Below are positions 10,601 through 24,600 of a DNA stretch of 64,000 nucleotides, one piece after another. The position numbers and the translations under genes were made by a program. The notes below the pieces were generated by a model. That model saw only the letters and a list, made by a program, of their open reading frames with translations. It was not told the origin of the DNA and ran no database searches. The stretch is from Eledone cirrhosa (lineage: Eukaryota): contig OZ024741.1 in assembly GCA_964016885.1 (NCBI GenBank), forward strand, positions 249,798,001 to 249,862,000, read 5' to 3'. How positions within the stretch are numbered: position 1 is the first letter of the stretch; each line of letters begins with the position of its first letter.

Positions 10601-12019
10601 TCCAGCCTCCAAGGGGAGATAATTTCCAGCCAGCCAAGGGGAGATAATTTGTAAAAAAATCAGGGGGAGATAATTTGTAAAAAAAAAATCAGGGGGAGAT
10701 AATTTGTAAAAAAATCAGGGGGAGATAATTTGTAAAAAAAAAATCAGGGGGAGATAATTTGTAAAAAAAATCAGGGGGAGATAATTTGTAGAAAAAATCA
10801 GGGGTAGATAATTTGTAAAAAAAATCAGGGGGAGATAATTTGTAAAAAAAATCAGGGGGAGATAATTTGTAAAAGAAATCAGGGGTAGATAATTTTCAGT
10901 CGTCCAAGGGGAGATAATTTCCATCCTTCCAAGGGGAGATAATTTCCAGCCGTCCAAGGGGAGATAATTTCCCGCCAGCCAAGGAGAGATAACATTTAAA
11001 AAAATCAGGCGGAGATAATTTGTAAAAAAAATCAGGGGGAGATAATTTGTAAAAAAATCAGGGGGAGATAATTTGTAAAAAAAATCAGGGGTAGATAATT
11101 TCCAGCCGTCCAAGGGGAGATAATTTCCATCCTTCCAAGGGGAGATAATTTCCAGCCGTCCAAGGGGAGATAATTTCCCGCCAGCCAAGGAGAGATAATA
11201 TTTAAAAAAATCAGGCGGAGATAATTTGTAAAAAAAATCAGGGGGAGATAATTTGTAAAAAAATCAGGGGGAGATAATTTGTAAAAAAAAATCAGGGGGA
11301 GATAATTTGTAAAAAAAATCAGGGGGAGATAATTTGTAAAAAAAATCAGGGGTAGATAATTTGTAAAAAAAAATCAGGGGGAGATAATTTGTAAAAAAAA
11401 AATCAGGGGGAGATAATTTGTAAAAAAATCAAGGTGAGATAATTTCCAGCCGTCCAAGGGGAGATAATTTTCAGCCGTCCAAGGAGAGGTAATTGCTAGC
11501 CGTCCAAGGGGAGATAATTTCCAGCCGTCCAAGGGGAGATAATTTTTTTAAAAAAATCAGGCGGAGATAATTTGTAAACAAAAATCAGGGGGAGATAATT
11601 TGTAAAAAAAAATCAGGGGGAGATAATTTGTAAAAAAAAATCAGGGGGAGATAATTTGTAAAAAAAATCAAGGGGAGATAATTTCCAGCCGTCCAAGGGG
11701 AGGTAATATCTAGCCATCCAAGGGGAGATAATTTCCAGCCGTCCAAGGGGAGATAATTTCCAGCCGTCCAAGGGGAGATAATATCCAGCCGTCCAAGGAG
11801 ACATATTTTCCAGCCGTCCAAGGAGAGGTAATTTCTAGCCGTCCAAGGGGAGATAAGTTCCAGCCTCCAAGGGGAGATAATTTCCAGCCAGCCAAGGGGA
11901 GATAATTTGTAAAAAAATCAGGGGGAGATAATTTGTAAAAAAAAATCAGGGGGAGATAATTTGTAAAAAAATCAGGGGGAGATAATTTGTAAAAAAAAAA
12001 TCAGGGGGAGATAATTTGT
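7632..12019 (+). repeat. Second copy of the 1-4388 block
   Basis: Begins with the same AAGTTCCTGC as position 1 and is collinear with it. It has a few private substitutions, e.g. CAGCAGTCC ~7957, CAGCGAAGG ~9955, GGGCAGGT ~10439. Confidence 0.92.
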
Positions 12020-15000
12020 AAAAAAAATCAGGGGGAGATAATTTGTAAAAAAATCAGGGGTAGATAATTTGTAAAAAAAATCAGGGGGAGATAATTTGTA
12101 AAAAAAATCAGGGGGAGATAATTTGTAAAAAAAATCAGGGGTAGATAATTTTCAGCCGTCCAAGGGGAGATAATTTCCATCCTTCCAAGGGGAGATAATT
12201 TCCAGCCGTCCAAGGGGAGATAATTTCCCGCCAGCCAAGGAGAGATAACATTTAAAAAAATCAGGCGGAGATAATTTGTAAAAAAATCAGGGGGAGATAA
12301 TTTGTAAAAAAAATCAGGGGGAGATAATTTGTAAAAAAAATCAGGGGGAGATAATTTGTAAAAAAAAATCAGGGGTAGATAATTTGTAAAAAAAAATCAG
12401 GGGGAGATAATTTGTAAAAAAAAATCAGGGGGAGATAATTTGTAAAAAAATCAAGGGGAGATAATTTCCAGCCGTCCAAGGGGAGATAATTTCCAGCCGT
12501 CCAAGGGGAGGTAATATCTAGCCATCCAAGGGGAGATAATTTCCAGCCGTCCAAGGGGAGATAATTTCCAGCCGTCCAAGGGGAGATAATATCCAGCCGT
12601 CCAAGGAGACATATTTTCCAGCCGTCCAAGGAGACGTAATTTCTAGCCGTCCAAGGGGAGATAAGTTCCAGCCTCCAAGGGGAGATAATTTCCAGCCAGC
12701 CAAGGGGAGATAATTTGTAAAAAAATCAGGGGAGATAATTTGTAAAAAAAATCAGGGGGAGATAATTTGTAAAAAAAAATCAGGGGTAGATAATTTGTAA
12801 AAAAAATCAGGGGGAGATAATTTGTAAAAAAAAAATCAGGGGGAGATAATTTGTAAAAAAATCAAGGGGAGATAATTTCCAACCGTCCAAGGGGAGATAA
12901 TTTTCAGCCGTCCAAGGAGGTAATTTCTAGCCGTCCAAGGGGAGATAATTTCCAGCCGTCCAAGGGGAGATAATTTTTTTAAAAAAATCAGGCGGAGATA
13001 ATTTGTAAACAAAAATCAGGGGGAGATAATTTGTAAAAAAAAATCAGGGGGAGATAATTTGTAAAAAAAATCAGGGGGAGATAATTTGTAAAAAAAATCA
13101 AGGGGAGATAATTTCCAGCCGTCCAAGGGGAGGTAATATCTAGCCATCCAAAGGGAGATAATTTCCAGCCGTCCAAGGGGAGATAATTTCCAGCCGTCCA
13201 AGGGGAGATAATATCCAGCCGTCCAAGGAGACATATTTTCCAGCCGTCCAAGGAGAGGTAATTTCTAGCCGTCCAAGGGGAGATAAGTTCCAGCCTCCAA
13301 GGGGAGATAATTTCCAGCCAGCCAAGGGGAGATAATTTGTAAAAAAATCAGGGGGAGATAATTTGTAAAAAAAAAATCAGGGGGAGATAATTTGTAAAAA
13401 AATCAGGGGGAGATAATTTGTAAAAAAAAAATCAGGGGGAGATAATTTGTAAAAAAAAATCAGGGGGAGATAATTTGTAGAAAAAATCAGGGGTAGATAA
13501 TTTGTAAAAAAAATCAGGGGGAGATAATTTGTAAAAAAAATCAGGGGGAGATAATTTGTAAAAAAAATCAGGGGTAGATAATTTTCAGCCGTCCAAGGGG
13601 AGATAATTTCCATCCTTCCAAGGGGAGATAATTTCCAGCCGTCCAAGGGGAGATAATTTCCCGCCAGCCAAGGAGAGATAACATTTAAAAAAATCAGGCG
13701 GAGATAATTTGTAAAAAAAATCAGGGGGAGATAATTTGTAAAAAAATCAGGGGGAGATAATTTGTAAAAAAAAATCAGGGGTAGATAATTTCCAGCCGTC
13801 CAAGGGGAGATAATTTCCATCCTTCCAAGGGGAGATAATTTCCAGCCGTCCAAGGGGAGATAATTTCCCGCCAGCCAAGGAGAGATAATATTTAAAAAAA
13901 TCAGGCGGAGATAATTTGTAAAAAAAATCAGGGGGAGATAATTTGTAAAAAAATCAGGGGGAGATAATTTGTAAAAAAAAATCAGGGGAGATAATTTGTA
14001 AAAAAAATCAGGGGGAGATAATTTGTAAAAAAAAATCAGGGGTAGATAATTTGTAAAAAAAAATCAGGGGGAGATAATTTGTAAAAAAAAAATCAGGGGG
14101 AGATAATTTGTAAAAAAATCAAGGGGAGATAATTTCCAGCCGTCCAAGGGGAGATAATTTTCAGCCGTCCAAGGAGGTAATTTCTAGCCGTCCAAGGGGA
14201 GATAATTTCCAGCCGTCCAAGGGGAGATAATTTTTTTAAAAAAATCAGGCGGAGATAATTTGTAAACAAAAATCAGGGGGAGATAATTTGTAAAAAAAAA
14301 TCAGGGGGAGATAATTTGTAAAAAAAAATCAGGGGGAGATAATTTGTAAAAAAAATCAAGGGGAGATAATTTCCAGCCGTCCAAGGGGAGGTAATATCTA
14401 GCCATCCAAGGGGAGATAATTTCCAGCCGTCCAAGGGGAGATAATTTCCAGCCGTCAAAGGGGAGATAATATCCAGCCGTCCAAGGAGACATATTTTCCA
14501 GCCGTCCAAGGAGAGGTAATTTCTAGCCGTCCAAGGGGAGATAAGTTCCAGCCTCCAAGGGGAGATAATTTCCAGCCAGCCAAGGGGAGATAATTTGTAA
14601 AAAAATCAGGGGGAGATAATTTGTAAAAAAAAATCAGGGGGAGATAATTTGTAAAAAAATCAGGGGGAGATAATTTGTAAAAAAAAAATCAGGGGGAGAT
14701 AATTTGTAAAAAAAATCAGGGGGAGATAATTTGTAGAAAAAATCAGGGGTAGATAATTTGTAAAAAAAATCAGGGGGAGATAATTTGTAAAAAAAATCAG
14801 GGGGAGATAATTTGTAAAAAAAATCAGGGGTAGATAATTTTCAGCCGTCCAAGGGGAGATAATTTCCATCCTTCCAAGGGGAGATAATTTCCAGCCGTCC
14901 AAGGGGAGATAATTTCCCGCCAGCCAAGGAGAGATAACATTTAAAAAAATCAGGCGGAGATAATTTGTAAAAAAAATCAGGGGGAGATAATTTGTAAAAA

Positions 15001-18000
15001 AATCAGGGGGAGATAATTTGTAAAAAAAATCAGGGGTAGATAATTTCCAGCCGTCCAAGGGGAGATAATTTCCATCCTTCCAAGGGGAGATAATTTCCAG
15101 CCGTCCAAGGGGAGATAATTTCCCGCCAGCCAAGGAGAGATAATATTTAAAAAAATCAGGCGGAGATAATTTGTAAAAAAAATCAGGGGGAGATAATTTG
15201 TAAACAAAAATCAGGGGGAGATAATTTGTAAAAAAAATCAGGCGGAGATAATTTGTAAACAAAAATCAGGGGGAGATAATTTGTAAAAAAAAATCAGGGG
15301 GAGATAATTTGTAAAAAAAAATCAGGGGGAGATAATTTGTAAAAAAAAATCAAGGGGAGATAATTTCCAGCCGTCCAAGGGGAGGTAATATCTAGCCATC
15401 CAAGGGGAGATAATTTCCAGCCGTCCAAGGGGAGATAATTTCCAGCCGTCCAAGGGGAGATAATATCCAGCCGTCCAAGGAGACATATTTTCCAGCCGTC
15501 CAAGGAGAGGTAATTTCTAGCCGTCCAAGGGGAGATAAGTTCCTGCCTCCAAGGGGAGATAATTTCCAGCCAGCCAAGGGGAGATAATTTGTAAAAAAAT
15601 CAGGGGGAGATAATTTGTAAAAAAAAAATCAGGGGGAGATAATTTGTAAAAAAATCAGGGTGAGATAATTTGTAAAAAAAAAATCAGGGGGAGATAATTT
15701 GTAAAAAAAATCAGGGGGAGATAATTTGTAGAAAAAATCAGGGGTAGATAATTTGTAAAAAAAATCAGGGGGAGATAATTTATAAAAAAAATCAGGGGGA
15801 GATAATTTGTAAAAAAAATCAGGGGTAGATAATTTTCAGCCGTCCAAGGGGAGATAATTTCCATCCTTCCAAGGGGAGATAATTTCCAGCCGTCCAAGGG
15901 GAGATAATTTCCCGCCAGCCAAGGAGAGATAACATTTAAAAAAATCAGGCGGAGATAATTTGTAAAAAAAATCAGGGGGAGATAATTTGTAAAAAAATCA
16001 GGGGGAGATAATTTGTAAAAAAAATCAGGGGTAGATAATTTCCAGCCGTCCAAGGGGAGATAATTTCCATCCTTCCAAGGGGAGATAATTTCCAGCCGTC
16101 CAAGGGGAGGTAATATCTAGCCATCCAAGGGGAGATAATTTCCAGCCGTCCAAGGGGAGATAATTTCCAGCCGTCCAAGGGGAGATAATATCCAGCCGTC
16201 CAAGGAGACATATTTTCCAGCCGTCCAAGGAGACGTAATTTCTAGCCGTCCAAGGGGAGATAAGTTCCAGCCTCCAAGGGGAGATAATTTCCAGCCAGCC
16301 AAGGGGAGATAATTTGTAAAAAAATTAGGGGGAGATAATTTGTAAATAAAAATTAGGGGGAGATAATTTGTAAAAAAAAATCAGGGGGAGATAATTTGTA
16401 AAAAAAATCAAGGGGAGATAATTTCCAGCCGTCCAAGGGGAGATAATTTTCAGCCGTCCAAGGAGAGGTAAATTCTAGCCGTCCAAGGAGATATAATTTC
16501 CAGCCGTCCAAGGGGAGATAATTTCCAGCCGTCCAAGGGGAGATAATTTAAAAAAAAAAATCAGGCGGAGATAATTTGTAAACAAAAATCAGGGGGAGAT
16601 AATTTTTAAAAAAAAATCAGGGGGAGATAATTTGTAAAAAAAAATCAGGGGGAGATAATTTGTAAAAAAATTCAAGGGGAGATAATTTCCAGCCGTCCAA
16701 GGGGAGGTAATATCTAGCCATCCAAGGGGAGATAATTTCCAGCCGTCCAAGGGGAGATAATATCCAGCCGTCCAAGGGGAGATAATATCCAGCCGTCCAA
16801 GGAGACATATTTTCCAGCCGTCCAAGGAGAGGTAATTTCTAGCCGTCCAAGGGGAGATAAGTTCCAGCCTCCAAGGGGAGATAATTTCCAGCTAGCCAAG
16901 GGGAGATAATTTGTAAAAAAATCAGGGGGGAGATAATTTGTAAAAAAAATCAGGGGGAGATAATTTGAAAAAAATATCAAGGGGAGATAATTTCCAGCCC
17001 TCCAAGGGGCTATAATTTCCAGCCGTGCAAGGGGAGATAATTTCCAGCCGTCCAAGGGGAGATAATTTCCATCCTTCCAAGGGGAGATAATTTCCAGCCG
17101 TCCAAGGGGAGATAATTTCCCGCCAGCCAAGGGAAGATAATTTTTTAAAAAATCAGGCGGAGATTGTAAAAAAAATCAGGGGGAGATAATTTGTAAAAAA
17201 ATCAGGGGGAGATAATTTGTAAAAAAAAAATCAGGGGGAGATAATTTGTAAAAAAAAATCAGGGGGAGCTAATTTGTAAAAAAAATCAGGGGGAGATAAT
17301 TTGTAAAAAAAAATCAGGGGGAGATAATTTGTAAAAAAAAAATCAGGGGGAGATAATTTGTAAAAAAATCAAGGGGAGATAATTTCCAGCCGTCCAAGGG
17401 GAGATAATTTTCAGCCGTCCAAGGAGGTAATTTCTAGCCGTCCAAGGGGAGATAATTTCCAGCCGTCCAAGGGGAGATAATTTTTTTAAAAAAATCAGGC
17501 GGAGATAATTTGTAAACAAAAATCAGGGGGAGATAATTTGTAAAAAAAAATCAGGGGGAGATAATTTGTAAAAAAAAATCAGGGGTAGATAATTTGTAAA
17601 AAAAATCAAGGGGAGATAATTTCCAGCCGTCCAAGGGGAGGTAATATCTAGCCATCCAAGGGGAGATAATTTCCAGCCGTCCAAGGGGAGATAATTTCCA
17701 GCCGTCCAAGGGGAGATAATATCCAGCCGTCCAAGGAGACATATTTTCCAGCCGTCCAAGGAGAGGTAATTTCTAGCCGTCCAAGGGGAGATAAGTTCCA
17801 GCCTCCAAGGGGAGATAATTTCCAGCCAGCCAAGGGGAGATAATTTGTAAAAAAATCAGGGGGAGATAATTTGTAAAAAAAATCAGGGGGAGATAATTTG
17901 TAAAAAAATCAGGGGGAGATAATTTCTAAAAAAAAAATCAGGGGGAGATAATTTGTAAAAAAAATCAGGGGGAGATAATTTGTAGAAAAAATCAGGGGTA

Positions 18001-21000
18001 GATAATTTGTAAAAAAAATCAGGGGGAGATAATTTGTAAAAAAAATCAGGGGGAGATAATTTGTAAAAAAAATCAGGGGTAGATAATTTTCAGCCGTCCA
18101 AGGGGAGATAATTTCCATCCTTCCAAGGGGAGATAATTTCCAGCCGTCCAAGGGGAGATAATTTCCCGCCAGCCAAGGAGAGATAACATTTAAAAAAATC
18201 AGGCGGAGATAATTTGTAAAAAAAATCAGGGGGAGATAATTTATAAAAAAATCAGGGGGAGATAATTTGTAAAAAAAATCAGGGGTAGATAATTTCCAGC
18301 CGTCCAAGGGGAGATAATTTCCATCCTTCCAAGGGGAGATAATTTCCAGCCGTCCAAGGGGAGATAATTTCCCGCCAGCCAAGGAGAGATAATATTTAAA
18401 AAAATCAGGCGGAGATAATTTGTAAAAAAAATCAGGGGGAGATAATTTGTAAAAAAATCAGGGGGAGATAATTTGTAAAAAAAAATCAGGGGGAGATAAT
18501 TTGTAAAAAAAATCAGGGGGAGATAATTTGTAAAAAAAATCAGGGGTAGATAATTTGTAAAAAAAAATCAGGGGGAGATAATTTGTAAAAAAAAAATCAG
18601 GGGGAGATAATTTGTAAAAAAATCAAGGGGAGATAATTTCCAGCCGTCCAAGGGGAGATAATTTTCAGCCGTCCAAGGAGAGGTAATTTCTAGCCGTCCA
18701 AGGGGAGATAATTTCCAGCCGTCCAAGGGGAGATAATTTTTTTAAAAAAATCAGGCGGAGATAATTTGTAAACAAAAATCAGGGGGAGATAGTTTGTAAA
18801 AAAAAATCAGGGGGAGATAATTTGTTAAAAAAAATCAGGGGGAGATAATTTGTAAAAAAAATCAAGGGGAGATAATTTCCAGCCGTCCAAGGGGAGGTAA
18901 TATCTAGCCATCCAAGGGGAGATAATTTCCAGCCGTCCAAGGGGAGATAATTTCCAGCCGTCCAAGGGGAGATAATATCCAGCCGTCCAAGGAGACATAT
19001 TTTCCAGCCGTCCAAGGAGAGGTAATTTCTAGCCGTCCAAGGGGAGATAAGTTCCTGCCTCCAAGGGGAGATAATTTCCAGCCAGCCAAGGGGAGATAAT
19101 TTGTAAAAAAATCAGGGGGAGATAATTTGTAAAAAAAAAATCAGGGGGAGATAATTTGTAAAAAAATCAGGGGGAGATAATTTGTAAAAAAAAAAATCAG
19201 GGGGAGATAATTTGTAAAAAAAATCAGGGGGAGATAATTTGTAGAAAAAATCAGGGGTAGATAATTTGTAAAAAAAATCAGGGGGAGATAATTTGTAAAA
19301 AAAATCAGGGGGAGATAATTTGTAAAAAAAATCAGGGGTAGATAATTTTCAGCCGTCCAAGGGGAGATAATTTCCATCCTTCCAAGGGGAGATAATTTCC
19401 AGCCGTCCAAGGGGAGATAATTTCCCGCCAGCCAAGGAGAGATAACATTTAAAAAAATCAGGCGGAGATAATTTGTAAATAAAATCAGGGGGAGATAATT
19501 TGTAAAAAAATCAGGGGGAGATAATTTGTAAAAAAAATCAGGGGTAGATAATTTCCAGCCGTCCAAGGGGAGATAATTTCCATCCTTCCAAGGGGAGATA
19601 ATTTCCAGCCGTCCAAGGGGAGATAATTTCCCGCCAGCCAAGGAGAGATAATATTTAAAAAAATCAGGCGGAGATAATTTGTAAAAAAAATCAGGGGGAG
19701 ATAATTTGTAAAAAAATCAGGGGGAGATAATTTGTAAAAAAAAATCAGGGGTAGGTAATTTGTAAAAAAAATCAGGGGGAGATAATTTGTAAAAAAAATC
19801 AGGGGTAGATAATTTGTAAAAAAAAATCAGGGGGAGATAATTTGTAAAAAAAAAATCAGGGGGAGATAATTTGTAAAAAAATCAAGGTGAGATAATTTCC
19901 AGCCGTCCAAGGGGAGATAATTTTCAGCCTTCCAAGGAGAGGTAATTTCTAGCCGTCCAAGGGGAGATAATTTCCAGCCGTCCAAGGGGAGATAATTTTT
20001 TAAAAAAATCAGGCGGAGATAATTTGTAAACAAAAATCAGGGGGAGATAATTTGTAAAAAAAAATCAGGGGGAGATAATTTGTAAAAAAAAATCAGGGGG
20101 AGATAATTTGTAAAAAAAATCAAGGGGAGATAATTTCCAGCCGTCCAAGGGGAGGTAATATCTAGCCATCCAAGGGGAGATAATTTCCAGCCGTCCAAGG
20201 GGAGATAATTTCCAGCCGTCCAAGGGGAGATAATATCCAGCCGTCCAAGGAGACATATTTTCCAGCCGTCCAAGGATAGGTAATTTCTAGCCGTCCAAGG
20301 GGAGATAAGTTCCAGCCTCCAAGGGGAGATAATTTCCAGCCAGCCAAGGGGAGATAATTTGTAAAAAAATCAGGGGGAGATAATTTGTAAAAAAAAAATC
20401 AGGGGGAGATAATTTGTAAAAAAATCAGGGGGAGATAATTTGTAAAAAAAAAATCAGGGGGAGATAATTTGTAAAAAAAATCAGGGGGAGATAATTTGTA
20501 AAAAAAATCAGGGGTAGATAATTTGTAAAAAAAATCAGGGGGAGATAATTTGTAAAAAAAATCAGGAGATAATTTGTAAAAAAAATCAGGGGTAGATAAT
20601 TTTCAGCCGTCCAAGGGGAGATAATTTCCATCCTTCCAAGGGGAGATAATTTCCAGCCGTCCAAGGGGAGATAATTTCCCGCCAGCCAAGGAGAGATAAC
20701 ATTTAAAAAAATCAGGCGGAGATAATTTGTAAAAAAATCAGGGGGAGATAATTTGTAAAAAAAAATCAGGGGGAGATAATTTGTAAAAAAAAATCAGGGG
20801 GTGATAATTTGTAAAAAAAAATCAGGGGGAGATAATTTGTAAAATAATCAAGGGGAGATAATTTCCAGCCGTCCAAGGGGAGATAATTTTCAGCCGTCCA
20901 AGGAGAGGTAATTTCTAGCCGTCCAAGGGGAGATAATTTCCAGCCGTCCAAGGGGAGATAATTTTTAAAAAAAAATCAGGCGGAGATAATTTGTAAACAA

Positions 21001-21680
21001 AAATCAGGGGGAGATAATTTGTAAAAAAAAATCAGGGGGAGATAATTTGTAAAAAAAATCAAGGGGAGATAATTTCCAGCCGTCCAAGGGGAGGTAATAT
21101 CTAGCCATCCAAGGGGAGATAATTTCCAGCCGTCCAAGGGGAGATAATTTCCAGCCGTCCAAGGGGAGATAATATCCAGCCGTCCAAGGAGACATATTTT
21201 CCAGCCGTCCAAGGAGACGTAATTTCTAGCCGTCCAAGGGGAGATAAGTTCCAGCCTCCAAGGGGAGATAATTTCCAGCCAGCCAAGGGGAGATAATTTG
21301 TAAAAAAATTAGGGGGAGATAATTTGTAAAAAAAAATCAGGGGGAGATAATTTGTAAAAAAAAATCAGGGGGAGATAATTTGTAAAAAATATCAAGGGGA
21401 GATAATTTCCAGCCCTCCAAGGGGCTATAATTTCCAGCCGTGCAAGGGGAGATAATTTCCAGCCGTCCAAGGGGAGATAATTTCCATCCTTCCAAGGGGA
21501 GATAATTTCCAGCCGTCCAAGGGGAGATAATTTCCCGCCAGCCAAGGGAAGATAATTTTTTAAAAAATCAGGCGGAGATTGTAAAAAAAATCAGGGGGAG
21601 ATAATTTGTAAAAAAATCAGGGGGAGATAATTTGTAAAAAAAAAATCAGGGGGAGATAATTTGTAAAAAAAAATCAGGGG
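10175..21680 (+). repeat. ~11.5-kb duplicated block, copy 1; copy 2 lies at ~26403-37905
   Basis: ORF-track offsets are 16228 (10327/26555, 14660/30888), 16227 (16117/32344), 16226 (17523/33749) and 16225 (21309/37534). Shared rare GCTAGC sites at 11495/27723 and 16891/33117. Confidence 0.93.
16975..17170 (+). repeat. Divergent B6 cassette (example; nine copies seen)
   Basis: AAATATCAAGG...CCAGCCCT-CCAAGGGGCTATAA...GCCGTGCAAGG...CCATCCTT...CCCGCCAG-CCAAGGGAAGAT...GGCGGAGATTGT (4-bp deletion). The GGGGCT marker lies at 17006, 21421, 25835, 33232, 37646, 42645, 49030, 53444 and 62195. Confidence 0.92.
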
Positions 21681-24600
21681 GAGCTAATTTGTAAAAAAAA
21701 TCAGGGGGAGATAATTTGTAAAAAAAAATCAGGGGGAGATAATTTGTAAAAAAAAAATCAGGGGGAGATAATTTGTAAAAAAATCAAGGGGAGATAATTT
21801 CCAGCCGTCCAAGGGGAGATAATTTTCAGCCGTCCAAGGAGGTAATTTCTAGCCGTCCAAGGGGAGATAATTTCCAGCCGTCCAAGGGGAGATAATTTTT
21901 TTAAAAAAATCAGGCGGAGATAATTTGTAAACAAAAATCAGGGGGAGATAATTTGTAAAAAAAAATCAGGGGGAGATAATTTGTAAAAAAAAATCAGGGG
22001 TAGATAATTTGTAAAAAAAATCAAGGGGAGATAATTTCCAGCCGTCCAAGGGGAGGTAATATCTAGCCATCCAAGGGGAGATAATTTCCAGCCGTCCAAG
22101 GGGAGATAATTTCCAGCCGTCCAAGGGGAGATAATATCCAGCCGTCCAAGGAGACATATTTTCCAGCCGTCCAAGGAGAGGTAATTTCTAGCCGTCCAAG
22201 GGGAGATAAGTTCCAGCCTCCAAGGGGAGATAATTTCCAGCCAGCCAAGGGGAGATAATTTGTAAAAAAATCAGGGGGAGATAATTTGTAAAAAAAATCA
22301 GGGGGAGATAATTTGTAAAAAAATCAGGGGGAGATAATTTCTAAAAAAAAAATCAGGGGGAGATAATTTGTAAAAAAAATCAGGGGGAGATAATTTGTAG
22401 AAAAAATCAGGGGTAGATAATTTGTAAAAAAAATCAGGGGGAGATAATTTGTAAAAAAAATCAGGGGGAGATAATTTGTAAAAAAAATCAGGGGTAGATA
22501 ATTTTCAGCCGTCCAAGGGGAGATAATTTCCATCCTTCCAAGGGGAGATAATTTCCAGCCGTCCAAGGGGAGATAATTTCCCGCCAGCCAAGGAGAGATA
22601 ACATTTAAAAAAATCAGGCGGAGATAATTTGTAAAAAAAATCAGGGGGAGATAATTTATAAAAAAATCAGGGGGAGATAATTTGTAAAAAAAATCAGGGG
22701 TAGATAATTTCCAGCCGTCCAAGGGGAGATAATTTCCATCCTTCCAAGGGGAGATAATTTCCAGCCGTCCAAGGGGAGATAATTTCCCGCCAGCCAAGGA
22801 GAGATAATATTTAAAAAAATCAGGCGGAGATAATTTGTAAAAAAAATCAGGGGGAGATAATTTGTAAAAAAATCAGGGGGAGATAATTTGTAAAAAAAAA
22901 TCAGGGGGAGATAATTTGTAAAAAAAATCAGGGGGAGATAATTTGTAAAAAAAATCAGGGGTAGATAATTTGTAAAAAAAAATCAGGGGGAGATAATTTG
23001 TAAAAAAAAAATCAGGGGGAGATAATTTGTAAAAAAATCAAGGGGAGATAATTTCCAGCCGTCCAAGGGGAGATAATTTTCAGCCGTCCAAGGAGAGGTA
23101 ATTTCTAGCCGTCCAAGGGGAGATAATTTCCAGCCGTCCAAGGGGAGATAATTTTTTTAAAAAAATCAGGCGGAGATAATTTGTAAACAAAAATCAGGGG
23201 GAGATAGTTTGTAAAAAAAAATCAGGGGGAGATAATTTGTTAAAAAAAATCAGGGGGAGATAATTTGTAAAAAAAATCAAGGGGAGATAATTTCCAGCCG
23301 TCCAAGGGGAGGTAATATCTAGCCATCCAAGGGGAGATAATTTCCAGCCGTCCAAGGGGAGATAATTTCCAGCCGTCCAAGGGGAGATAATATCCAGCCG
23401 TCCAAGGAGACATATTTTCCAGCCGTCCAAGGAGAGGTAATTTCTAGCCGTCCAAGGGGAGATAAGTTCCTGCCTCCAAGGGGAGATAATTTCCAGCCAG
23501 CCAAGGGGAGATAATTTGTAAAAAAATCAGGGGGAGATAATTTGTAAAAAAAAAATCAGGGGGAGATAATTTGTAAAAAAATCAGGGGGAGATAATTTGT
23601 AAAAAAAAAATCAGGGGGAGATAATTTGTAAAAAAAATCAGGGGGAGATAATTTGTAGAAAAAATCAGGGGTAGATAATTTGTAAAAAAAATCAGGGGGA
23701 GATAATTTGTAAAAAAAATCAGGGGGAGATAATTTGTAAAAAAAATCAGGGGTAGATAATTTTCAGCCGTCCAAGGGGAGATAATTTCCATCCTTCCAAG
23801 GGGAGATAATTTCCAGCCGTCCAAGGGGAGATAATTTCCCGCCAGCCAAGGAGAGATAACATTTAAAAAAATCAGGCGGAGATAATTTGTAAATAAAATC
23901 AGGGGGAGATAATTTGTAAAAAAATCAGGGGGAGATAATTTGTAAAAAAAATCAGGGGTAGATAATTTCCAGCCGTCCAAGGGGAGATAATTTCCATCCT
24001 TCCAAGGGGAGATAATTTCCAGCCGTCCAAGGGGAGATAATTTCCCGCCAGCCAAGGAGAGATAATATTTAAAAAAATCAGGCGGAGATAATTTGTAAAA
24101 AAAATCAGGGGGAGATAATTTGTAAAAAAATCAGGGGGAGATAATTTGTAAAAAAAAATCAGGGGTAGGTAATTTGTAAAAAAAATCAGGGGGAGATAAT
24201 TTGTAAAAAAAATCAGGGGTAGATAATTTGTAAAAAAAAATCAGGGGGAGATAATTTGTAAAAAAAAAATCAGGGGGAGATAATTTGTAAAAAAATCAAG
24301 GTGAGATAATTTCCAGCCGTCCAAGGGGAGATAATTTTCAGCCTTCCAAGGAGAGGTAATTTCTAGCCGTCCAAGGGGAGATAATTTCCAGCCGTCCAAG
24401 GGGAGATAATTTTTTAAAAAAATCAGGCGGAGATAATTTGTAAACAAAAATCAGGGGGAGATAATTTGTAAAAAAAAATCAGGGGGAGATAATTTGTAAA
24501 AAAAAATCAGGGGGAGATAATTTGTAAAAAAAATCAAGGGGAGATAATTTCCAGCCGTCCAAGGGGAGGTAATATCTAGCCATCCAAGGGGAGATAATTT

